Origin: Hydrolagus colliei
Taxonomy: Eukaryota
Direction: 5' to 3'
DNA: 64,000 nt
Assembly: GCA_035084275.1 (NCBI GenBank)
Contig: CM068744.1
Location: 53,568,001-53,632,000 of the forward strand
Shown here: positions 34,531 through 46,830 of the stretch, one piece after another
How positions within the stretch are numbered: the stretch's first letter is position 1
Layout: every line of letters starts with the position of its first letter
Translations under genes and position numbers: made by a program
Notes under the pieces: generated by a model
Seen by the model: the letters and a program-made list of their open reading frames with translations, nothing else
Databases searched by the model: none
Told to the model about the DNA's origin: nothing

Positions 34531-36164
34531 CACACAGAATGAGCATCCTAAAGCAGTTAAAAATTATAAGAGCATTGATATGATAAAGGAGAAAGTTGAA
34601 GATTTTGATCAAAAACATGCTCAAATGTGTTTAGAGGCTTTTGATGGCAGAAAGAGAGCAAATGAGCCAAAGATTTTAGAAGAGAAGTACAGACAAGAGG
34701 CTGCATGCCTCTTCAGTGACTGAAGGAAAATCCATCAATGGTGAGACAGAGGTAATAAGGAATGAATACTAATAGACCAAAAGAGGAAAAGGAGCACCTT
34801 ACTAATTGAACTAAGCGGAGACAGTCAAATCAATATCAATAGTGTAAGTTTATCAGAGGTTTCATTCTGACAGAAACGACTTAATCATTCTGAAGTTGTG
34901 CCACTGGATGGCAGCATTTTCCCATGTTACTGATGGAGGAATTTAAATGTGTGCACACAACAGAGAGCACAGCACTGTGTTTCACAGATCTACTCAGTTG
35001 TTTCTTCCTTGTGAAAGAAATTCTAATGTATTTTAGAATAGTTTCTGCAACTTCCTGAGGAATATTTTTAGGAATCATTTATAAAATAAATTATGTAATT
35101 TCAATGGTTATTTCCTTGTAAGTGGAAGTCTGAAACCGTGTCTTGTCTTTCCGAGGGCATTTCTGTCATTTTATTTTTATAGTTCCCTATTAATCTAATG
35201 TAATCTAATTTACAGGAATGCCAGTGATGAGAATTTTGTTTTCACAATTTATGGCTTATTTAAATCTTAAAATAATTCTGCTCCTTAAAATGGAAAAGGA
35301 GGAAAACACCTGAGAGTCATGAAACACTAATACTAAATAACATCTGAATACTGAAAGTGTGGCTTTCAATCAATGTTTCTTTTTCGCATTTAAACTTCAC
35401 TTAAACAGTCCATTGTTAAGACCCAAGCTGTGATCCAGCTGTGTGGCAAACTGGAAATGCAGGAATCATTGCTGGCCAGTTCACTTCTACTCTCAAAAGA
35501 GTACCAAACTGCATTCTTTAACAGAAACAATTCAAGACTAGTTTTAATTATGTTTCCTGTGTGATCACTTGAAAATTACTGCAACAATGCTTCCCTTGAA
35601 AGTTTTTTTTGTACTACACTGTACTGTTACACCGAGAGTATTTTAAATAATGTATATTTCATACAACATTACCCACCAGCTATGAAGCACTATGAAGTAA
35701 TAAATTATCTAGAACAAATAATAATATTAAACAATAATTAATATGGATGGCTACATTAAAAAAGTATGTACTTAATATCACCTTTCCTTAGCGAAATGGA
35801 TGCTGTCAACTATTAGTTTCATTTCAAATGATGAATGAGAATCCATGAATTAATAATCTCTGTTTAGACCATTGGGTACAATTTGCTTCCCAGTGTAGTC
35901 ATATTTTCATTACTCTATATATTGACAACAATTGTGAGGAAGACATTACTGTACTCTCCAAGCATATCATCGAATCCATAGTTGGGAAATTTTTCTATAG
36001 GGATAAGGAGCTCTTTATTTTTATACTATATCATATTGGCATCTAATCTGCAATGTTTTTTAATGGAATTCCTTAAGAAGGAATAGCTAATTTCTCAGAT
36101 GTGGGGGTTCTTCCGATAAGAACAACAATTTGTATCTATATACATAGTTCCTTTCTCATGTATG

Positions 36165-36470
36165 ATAATAATAATAATAATCCTTGCATTTGATATGGCG
36201 CTCTCCCCATCTTCTAGACATCTCAAAGCACTTCATAGAATATACTGTAAAGTCAATTGACTGTATATTTGTGAGCAAAACAAGGCAGCCAATTGCACCA
36301 AGCAATGTCCCACTAACAGTCGTAGATTTAAATGACCAATGTTATTATTGTGTTTTTTTTTGAGGGATTATTATTGGGCATGTGGAAAATTGCCCAAGGT
36401 TTTGCTCTGATGTGCCTGGATTTGAACACAGGTCTCATGTAAGGCAAGTGCTCTAACCACTAGAACTCCA
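36165..36470 (-). mobile_element. tRNA-derived SINE, full length
   Basis: As above. Confidence 0.88.
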
Positions 36471-36669
36471 CATTATGAAACAGCTACTGAAATCCACATT
36501 ATGAAAATTGCCAACTTGTCCTAATATTCTTGAAATTAGGTAAAAGGATGACTTCCTCTGAAAGAAAAATGTCATTCATACACAGGCATGTGTAGGTGAG
36601 ATCCATGGAACTCTGTTTGGACACACTTATGCATGGTGATGGGTTTCTGTATGTGTCAGGCACCTGGCA

Positions 36670-37030
36670 TTAGACATTGTATGAAAATCCAACTAAAGTG
36701 GGATGAGGAAGATAAGAGAGGGGTGTCCAAACGCATGGTTGAAGAGATAGATTTTTTAGATTGCTTTTGAAAACTGAGAAGATATCAAACAGAGGGATTT
36801 CAAATGAGAACTCCAGAGACTGATGGCATAGTGGCTGAAAATTCAGCTCACAATGGGGGTGGGGAGAACAGAAGGAGCCAGGACTGTGATGCAGGCCCAT
36901 GCAGACAGAGTGCAGGGCAATGGTCGGTAGAGTAGGTTGCACAGGAGAAGGATAGGGTAAGAGTGGTGAGGGCCCCAAACCTGAAAACAAGGACATCTCA
37001 AAGCGCCACCTATCTTCTGCTCAATGCCTT
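36670..37030 (-). mobile_element. Degenerate L2 3' fragment
   Basis: Reverse-complement similarity to other L2 3' ends. Confidence 0.7.
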
Positions 37031-40000
37031 ACCACATCAACAGTTCCTGGAATTGGAATTCAACAAACAAGGGGTTTGGACTAGACTGTGTCCCATCCCT
37101 CCACTCAGCTACGCAGCAAAAAGGAGAAGGAGTTTGAATCACAGCCATTACTTTATTGTGCCCAAGTCCTCCAGATATTGCCAACTGACTCTCAAAGACA
37201 GTTAAAATGATCAGTTGTTGTGAGTCAGACGCAATAGCTAAATACAAGAGTAAACCCTACAGTTGTGACATTCAGACAGCAATATACATTACCCCAGTTC
37301 ATTCAATGCTATGAATGGTGTCCTGGAAAACAATCCAGATTATATGTATCCGTGAGGTAGAATTAGTTTTAGAGGAAATAGAGGTTTAAGGGAGAGTGGA
37401 TTAAGAGAAGTGAAGCCTTGTGTGGAATGCAAACACCGGCATGGACTAATTCAGCCGAAAAGTGCTTTGATAATTTATGCAATTCCCTATAAATTGTGAG
37501 ACATTGCTGTTGGCAAACTGGTTGATGGATGGCCTACAAGTATATAGTCACTACACATAAAAGATTTATCTGTAAAGTATTTTGAGACATTTTCATATGG
37601 GAGTCACCATATTAAATGTAACGATTATTATTCAGGATTATTGTTACCATCCTCTTTATCTGTGGTGCATTATTCTATTTCAGAATTAAATGTGTTTGTC
37701 TGAAAGTGTTCTCAGGCTGTTTGGATCTCCTCTTCACAACGATTTCTGACACAATTTTTAAAAAGAGCTGAATTGTAAATTTTAGTAACCAGAAGTATGT
37801 TGCACCAATTGGTGAATGGAGTTCCTACAGATCAGCAGGATTTATTTCCAATTAATAATCCTTGAATTTGACACTCAATTGTATCTAAGCAATCATGGTA
37901 GAAATTGTAAGGTTTTGGCCCTCAATACTAGTATCACAAACCTTTTGTAGCCAAAACATCATATCACGCAGGTCATTTTCTACAAAGTATATTGTAAAGG
38001 GATTTATTATTTATTATCAGTGCACACAATTATGCTGATTAATAATTAATGATCCATTACACCAAAATCCTATTATGAAATAATCTGCTAACAAAGAAGT
38101 ATACCATGAGACTAATAGGATTAAGGAAAACTCATTATTTAACAAATTAATGTTTGAATCCAAAACCAGAAAAGCCAATCCCCAAAGTGTTGATTTTTTA
38201 AAATATAAAAACATTACACAAAACATAGATTTAAAGGTGTAATAATAACCAGCCTTGCTTTTCATATAGCACCTTACCACATGGAAATGTTTCAATGCGC
38301 TTCACAGAGTTTTCTGTGTGTGTTCATAGGTGAACAGGCCAGCCAATTCACACAGAGCAATGTTCCACAAAACGACATAATGTTTGGACACTGAATTATT
38401 ACTTCTCCAAGTACCCAGTTATTTATCACATGTATGGGTCTGTCTAAGCAAATGGAGACTGTTACAGATTTATGACTTTACTAGAAAATGTATAATCTTG
38501 ACTATGTGATAAATAAAATAATCCTGAAATAGAAGCAAAGCAAATTATCACTGCTAACCAGCCAGTGATAAAGGCAAAATTGGTCTGTGCACAAAATGTT
38601 TGATATTTGAGCCTTCCCAGTACAAATGTATTTTTTAATATAAATGTGATATTTTCTGGCAAACTATTACAACCATTATAATAATTTCATCAACAATATA
38701 GAAACGTGTTGTTGTTTTTGTCTTTCTTGTCACTAATGGAATAAAAATTGAGCAGGAAAAGGTGGGAAAAAATGATTAATTTGGTGAAAATTTTAATTTA
38801 TTTGGGAACATTGAAAAAACTTAAGAAAGCAAGCCAAATACTGAGAAAAGTGTTTCATTACTGAACACATTTATTGATACAATGGTGAATTGATTATTTG
38901 CACTAATTGGGACAGTCAACTATGTGGATAAGCAAACAGTATGGCTAATTGAACATCACTCAAAATATAAATTGGTTGTAGCCTTAACTTAAAAAATCCA
39001 TTGAAAATGTTACTTTCTTCAAAGTTCCACAATGTGAAATGCTACAGTCCTGAGTTTACTGAGCAGAGGGCAGCATCGGGAGCTTGAGATCATAAGGATA
39101 GGGAGGAGATTTCTGTAAGCATATGGCAGAGATAAGCAGGCAGCAAACAAGGGAGAGCAATGGATGTGAGAGTTGCCGAATTGGAATCACCATTTCCCAT
39201 TATAAATGTACATTGTCAAAGTATTCTAAACCTACTAGTATATGGAATAACAGGCCCCATTAATGTGATGATAATGTCAATATACAGTAGTTTCTTTGAA
39301 CTGCATGAACAATAATGTGTCATGAATAAATATTTTTTGTGTGTGTCTGTAATGCAATTTATTTTGTTAGGATAATTGTAAATCATTTTGTGATTTCCCA
39401 GTGAGCTAACTGGTACATTAACCATATCTCACTTAAATTTAATAGGATCCTTCATTCTACACTTTGCCGAATGAAGCTGAGCTAAGTTGCTTCTTGTACA
39501 TGTAGCACATACTGTACCCTCTTTCAAAAAGCTATTTCCTTCCCGTTGTTGCAGCTCATGGCATTCAGTGGTATCAATCATATTTGTGTAGCGTTACCAT
39601 CAAGTGAAATGTCTCTGTAATACAATAAGACATATATTTAGAGATAAAGTGTATGTAAACTGCAGATAAAGAATCCATACATTCACGTGGTGATTTTAAT
39701 GCCAGTATTGGGTGCTAGGACATTTTAATATAAATATTATCCTAAGGAATGCTAAAAAGGGATTATATCACTTCAGTAGAACAGCACTGAAGCTATACAA
39801 AACATAATGTATCTTAAGAGTTTATAGGACTCATGACATGAAGAACATTTCCTCAAAAATGTGCTTCTGACTGCAGGAAGCTATGTCCTGTCATAATTTT
39901 CAAGATAGCTCAGTGGGCAAGAAAGGCCTTTCAGCACCCGCCCCCCCCCCACCCCCCCCCCCCACAAAAAAAAACCCCAAAGGAATTAAGAATGATCACA

Positions 40001-41967
40001 GGCACTATACATGGCACTGTTATATAAATAGGAAAAGCAGAATTATAGCAATTTATTAAATTCAGTCTAAAATTAGAAACCGTTTTCTTTTAAAGTATTG
40101 CAGAAAACAAATCTCAAATTAAGACTGAATTTAAGAAATCTCCACAATTCTGCAGATTCTTAAACTTTAACACAAAATTGGTTTACAGATTGAGACTAGG
40201 TGGAATTTTGATCCCCAAACTCATCTCGAATGTCGACTTCGTCTACCAGGTATTAAGTCCATTGCTGGAAGTTCCACTTGTCAGCTTGGAACGGATTTCA
40301 TGTAGATATAAGCTAACTGTTAATTTAACATGCCAAATCAATGATGTCAATGAATGCTAATTTATCCCCCAGTAATAACTGCAATTGCTGCAATAACATA
40401 GGGGCCAAAGCAATTGATTGTGTGTCTTTGGGGAGTGCTAATGTTTTTAGCTAAAGCTTGTTTTTTTGTTGAGTGCGATACGCTCAATTACCTTGGTGCT
40501 AAAAGGGTTGAGAATAATTACTTGATGGAGCATGAATCATTTTAACACTGAATTTGTCTGACCATTTGTTAAAATTAAAATGTGTGTATAATTAGGGTAT
40601 TTCAGAAGGGAACACCAAAACACAGCAAGTTTAAATAATCATTAGCTTTACAGATTATCCATTTTTCCTACCCTGTTATATTGAAAATTAGATGTTGGCA
40701 GCAAAAAGCACATTGCATTCTCTACTACTCTGTGCATTTATTGCTCTCGACAGTTTGAGTTTATAAAGAAAGAGTATTCCCTATGAATGTATTTTACCAA
40801 GAGCTATAAATTTCTCAGTGACAAAAGTAACCCCTTGATCTGTTGGACAAAAAATTCAAAGCCAATTTTTTGAAACATTTCATATTGTAAATATTTGCCA
40901 ATCCTCATAAAAGGGCATCATGTCAGTGTTACAGTTTATTTACTAACATTATTTGTAATTTGTTCAAATATAATAATAGTACATTGTTAAATAATATGGT
41001 AAAACATTACATTTGATATGTTATAGTATAAAAATAATCAAATTCTTAGCAACTGTAGTGTCCATTATTTTGTACCAAAATACTTTTTTCAAATAGAACA
41101 ACTCAATAAAAATATTATGAACAGATTACATTCAGTTTAAATATATTAACATTATAAAAATACGGGAAATAATCTTGCATATAATAATAACCCTTATATT
41201 TGATATGGTGTTGTAATGTCATTGAGACATCCCAAGGCGCTTCACAGGAATTATTACAATGTTAGTGACTGAGAATTTTGTAGCCATAATACATTATGCA
41301 GCAGGCAAAACAATAATTTACACTTATAAACAACTTACTTTCATATTGGGAGGACTTGTTAAAGTGTTTCAGACAGCTGACTGGATGCCTGAACTGATGT
41401 GGGTGGGAAAGGTGATTGAAAGTACCATCGAAAAGTTAGGTTTTAAGGTGGTTTAAAAGTTGGGGAGGAAGGGAGGGGGACAATCACTAACCCCAAAATG
41501 TTTTATACAGATATATTCAACATTTTGGTCACTTGGCAATGACCTATCAGAATCCCTGTGTGAGGTGAAGCTCTGCTTGTCAAATTCAAGAAACAACTGC
41601 GGGATTCAACAACAACAAAATTACATTTATAGAGCGTCTTTCACGTCGGGAGGATATTAAATTATACAACAAAAAATGTTACTCATGGTACTCTAAAAGT
41701 ATACATTAGCTGTGGATAGTTCATATATTCAGTGGATGAAATATTAATGATACAGTAATTATTCAAATAATAATTCACGCATTTGATATACAATAAACCT
41801 TCATCTTAGTACTGTATTTGGAATTCAGACCAAGTGAGACTGAGCTGGAAATCACTTTCTTTTAATTTCCACAGGCTCTTGTGTGTGCAGACTCCTGCCA
41901 GTCCACTCTCTCAGTGGCACACCCACCTCACAGTGCTTACTGGTCTTCAGTGGCCATAGATATTGAC

Positions 41968-42531
41968 TAGTGGCCGTCGATATTGAATTTTTCTGATACC
42001 GATATATCGGTGGGCTCATATCAATATATACCGATATATCGATATCACCAGGTTTTTTTTTACTCACGTTCCAAACCTTTAAGTATGAATGGCTTGGGAG
42101 GGTTGTGCGCAAGTCTGATTGTGTTTGGTGGTGGGGGGAAGGGAAGAAGGGGGATGTGCACGCATTCAGATATGCGTGCTCTACGCCCAGGAAGTTTGCA
42201 ATGCCGGCGACAAGGTCTGTTGAAAGTCTGTTGAACTTTGTTGTTACTGTTTTTGTTGTTTGTTGTTGTTGATAGAGCCCTTTGGCGCTTTAAGAAAATT
42301 AAGCTCTTGTGTGCGTTGTGTCATCAAGTACATTTGAACCTGTGGTTGTATATTTTCTGCATGCTGTAATGTGGCATTTGTTGATGATATACCAATGTTT
42401 TGTGGATATACCGATTTTTTTTTCATACCGAATTTTTCGATATACCAATATATTCAAATTTCCAATATCGATATGAAAAATTATACCGATATAACCGATA
42501 TATTGACTTTGACCCAGTAATATTGACACTA
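41968..42531. mobile_element. hAT-type MITE, related to 924-1262, opposite orientation
   Basis: 8-bp TSD ATATTGAC (41960-41967, 42532-42539); right arm alignable to the reverse complement of 924-1040; different internal sequence. Confidence 0.8.
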
Positions 42532-45500
42532 ATATTGACTTTGACCCAGTACTGTATGAATCCCATGAACAGAAATTAGCGTATTTTCTATCTCTTGCTT
42601 GCAGGATTCAAACAATTAGAATGCCGATACAGGCATTTACTGCCATTTTTCTGACCTGAAAAAAGCCTTCGCTGAAAAATGGCAAAAATGCTGGCAATTA
42701 CACTTAGCCAAAAATTTCGGCACACCAGACCGGATCTCCCCTTACATTAGTCCGGCAGGAATGGCAACTGAAAAATAAAGGCAAGTCAAGCCTGCATCCT
42801 ATCACTCTGCCACAGCATATTGGTACTTCAATCAGATTGAGCATCCAAATTATTACCACAATCTTGACAATTGGAGAACACTGTTGGTTAAGTTGAAAAA
42901 TGCAAGTATCATCTGTTTTGTATTTCTCACTTGTCAATGATAAAAAAAAAGACTTGTTCATTGAAGCATCTATCATAGAGCCCCAAGTTTTGCCTAAAAA
43001 CATCTTCCACCTCATACATCAATGTTTTTGTGGATGTGACATTCTGCTTCATGATGCACAAACACCTTAAATAGGTGTGCAATGGAAATGTAGGCAATAT
43101 AACTGCTAAAAGACTGCAGCCGCCTAACTAGAAAGAACAAACACTGCACTTACCAGGAAAGTAGATTCAAGTATAGTATTTGCCCTCTCCAGCTAGAGGG
43201 AAACAGAATCACATCATTATGCGATGCGATAACTACACGTTTATGTTCAGAGCCCATTCTGTTGGACCTTTTTTTAATCAAGCTTTATGACCCTTCGTCT
43301 AACACCGTTGAAGTGAATGACCAATTTTATTGGGGGATTGTTGGCCAGATGACTGGGAGAAACTCCCTTCTCTTTTTCAAATAGTGCCAAGGGATCTTTA
43401 ACCTCCACCTGAACATCTGAGAGTTCCATATATTTCAAGAACTACAGAAAACATCCAAATTAAGACTTTACACAATTCTGTGATCTTAGGATCAGAAACC
43501 AAAAGATCTATTAGGGTAAGACAATGTGGAATTTCAGATGTTCTATATAAGAACATGCACCCTTAACACTCCCTGATCCTTCCAATAGAATTTGTCATTG
43601 ATTCTTACTAACTCTATTAAACTTCACCCAAATCTAATGGATTCTTTATGCAATCCAAAGTTTATCACTTTAGTGCCATTATAATTATATATACATATGA
43701 AATATATATATTAAATAAAATATGCAGGAATATAATTCTACATATTAATTCCAATAGTATGATATTCTTTGTTCAAGCCCACTATATATTTTTAATGTGC
43801 AATCAATACTGCAATGCACCTCCCTGACCAAGCCTAACCATGCATTTAACAAATGCAGCTTTCATTTAAAAAAAACATAAAGATTATGAAGTTACTGTAG
43901 TAATCTGCAGTCCATGAAATGATCTCCAATTTATTATCAATGATTGAATATTTCACATATTTATTAGACATTCAACCTGATGGTTTGAAATAGGTTGGTT
44001 ACAACCAATCAGTATAAATTATTCTGTGATGGATCACTTATTTATAGACTGGGCTGTAATCTTCCATAAATAGCTTGCATCTAGTAAAATGCTCTGCCCA
44101 TAAAAGATAATACTGTCATTAAATAAATTATTAGTTCAATTCCTTTTATAGATAACTTAAAAGAAGTATGAATCTGCCTTTGTTTTCCAAAGAAAACCTG
44201 CTTAGGAAGGGCATGTTCGGATTAGTGAATTCAAGCACATGTATTTAGAACTATTTGTTCTTGAAATTTCATTTGTAATCCAGAATTCTTTAGTACTCAG
44301 TCACTAAAACTTTATTACTTAAACATATTTGAATTAAGGTTTGATAGTTTCACACTACTGTATATGGCAAAGATAATCTTCTGGGGTGCAATCATTTATA
44401 CTGGACAATCATTTATAATAGATAATTTTTTCAGTGGTCTATCTTCACTGAATGCTAACACAGTAGTTTTGGAATGAGGTCGAAGATTTTTCTAATGTAA
44501 AAGTGAAGTAAAATCATTCTTATTTTCAATGATCAGTATATAATAACCTTACGATGTAGCTTAAGACAGTGACCTGAAGATTTCTTGCCTGCTTTGTTTG
44601 AGAATCATTTATGTGGTGTTTGCAGTGTATTAATGTTCTTTGGATTTGACAACGAGAACATCAGTAGAATCAAAACAAACATTAAGGGGAAGTTTTGGCA
44701 TCCACAATTTTCACATTTTGCTTTGTTAATTATTTTCTATTTCAATAGCATTTTGTGGGATGGTTGCAAAAGAGTCTCTGATCAGCTTTCTAAGTGCATC
44801 AACCACTCTCACTGTATGATTATCATTACTTTCTATATGATCAGCTTCCAATGATACAATAACATTTCTTATTGTGTATTAAATTGCAAATCATGAAGCC
44901 TGCTATACAATTGACAGCTGGTGTGCTAGAATTGCAGCAAAATTGGTTTTGCTTCCTGGATGGAATAGGAACTGTCAAAAAAAATCTGTTTACAATGAAC
45001 TCTCCAGTTTCACTGAATGCTTTCAGAGTTCAAGGCAATTTATTTTTATTAGTATTTTTAAATATGTTGTCACTTCCTACTAATGCATAAAAATCAAAGA
45101 AAAAATATCAGTAGCTCCAATCTTACATTTTTAGATTTTAATTGCTTTCTTAGCTGTAATCCGAAAAGAAATTCCAGACCAGTGTCACAATATCTTACTC
45201 GGAGCTAATAGTTTTGTGGATAGCACAATCTTAGTAGTTGCAAGACACATTGTTTTAAATATAAATTGAAAACATGCAGATAGATCATCAACTATAGCAA
45301 CTAACATTACTAAGTAATGTCACAAGATAGAGCAGAACCTAACACTGCTCATCGATTATTACCCTTCAATTAGACCATGTTTATATATGCTGCAATCATG
45401 CACAACATTTGGAACAATACATCAAACCCCCAACTAAAATTGACCACTCACTTCTTGCTGTATGTAGGATATTGCTATGTCTAAATTGGCTGCCATATTA

Positions 45501-45534
45501 CTTTACAGTGTATCATGTGAAGCATTTTGAGATA

Positions 45535-45860
45535 TCCTGTAGCTCAGTGGTTAGAGCACTCGCTTTACAAGCATGAAACCTGTGTTCGAATCCAGGCAGA
45601 TCAGGGCTAAACCTTGGGCAAGGTTTCTTACTCCACATGCCTAATAATAATCCATCCAAAAAATACCACAACAATAAAATTGTTCATTTCAATCCACGAC
45701 TGTTTGTGGGACTCTACTGTATACAGTTGGCTGCCACATTTCGCCCACAAATATACAGTCAATTTACTTTACAGTATGTTCTGTGAAGCGCTTGGTGAGA
45801 CGTCGATAACATGTGAAAAGCGCTATATGAAATGCAAGGATTATTATTATTATTATTGCA
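45535..45860 (+). mobile_element. tRNA-derived SINE, full length
   Basis: A box TAGCTCAGTGG, B box GTTCGAATCC, tail AAATGCAAGGA(TTA)n. Confidence 0.92.
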
Positions 45861-46524
45861 ACAATAATAATAATTATTGTTAATTATCAAAGGATTATTA
45901 TATTCTGCTTTTACCTTTACTGTGGAAACTAGATAGTGAGGCACTATTTGACCAGCAATAGATCAGTGTGTTCTGGAACGCTACCCTGCATGAGGAGCAG
46001 TACATAAATGCACATTGTTGTTGTAGTGCAGCTTTTACACAGTGAGATACAAGACATTGGATATATTCTTGTTTTTCCAGTTTCCCATTTGTATAAGTTA
46101 TTCCAATATGTGAGTTTAGCTGAATTTCCTGCACTTGCCAGTTCCCTGGAAACAGGTTCAGAAAATGTTCTTCAAGAATGCATGCTGATTATTTCACATA
46201 GTATCTTGGTGAAAAAAATCTTTGCTTCAAAAGCATGAGTTGAAATGCTAACAGGCCTTTGAAATGTATTGATCTAAAAGTGATGCTTGTTAATTTCATA
46301 CTATAATTTAATACTTTTGCCTCACTTTTAATATTACTCACAAAGTAATATTTTCAATATTTAAAATCTGGGTTTGTTAATTAGATAAATTTTATTCTGA
46401 TCCTATTTCTTTTCAAGCACCCACTGACATATCTAATATTGGTGCCATCCACCCATCAATTTAATGCCACTGGAATACAGGAAAGCAACAAGCAACTTAA
46501 ATCATGACATTATGACAAGTATGA

Positions 46525-46830
46525 GGTGTCAGCCTGGCTTGGTTGGTAGCGCTTTCACCTCTGAGTCAAAGGTGAAGTTTCAAACTGTCCCTCAGGATTT
46601 TAAGTTTACAATCTAGGCTGATGTATCAGTTCATTGCTGAGGGTACTGTCCTTCAGAGAAGATGTTAAGTCCTTTCTGTCTGTTCAGGTGGACATTAAAG
46701 ATCTCATGGCACTATTTGAAAAGAAATGGTCATTTCTCACAGTGTCCTGGCCACTAATCTTCCAGTTAAAATGAATGATTCACTTCCTCACATTTGTGGC
46801 ACTTTTGCTGAATTCAAATTGCTTATAGAA
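46525..46830 (+). mobile_element. Older Deu-domain SINE (SacSINE/AmnSINE-like)
   Basis: tRNA-like head then TGTTCAGGTGGACATTAAAGATCTCATGGCACTATTTGAA...GTGTCCTGGCC, the Deu core as recalled. Confidence 0.7.

Noticed and set aside
40205-40262. MDLIP/VDE on the minus strand resembling MRAP LDLIPVDE
   Set aside because: Needs a frameshift, flanking residues do not match, and there is no transmembrane segment.
43154-43192. Minus-strand exon-like 39-mer with good splice signals; similar 30-mer at 49291-49320 and a donor near 33997
   Set aside because: Phases do not join into a recognisable protein, and such signals are common by chance in AT-rich DNA.
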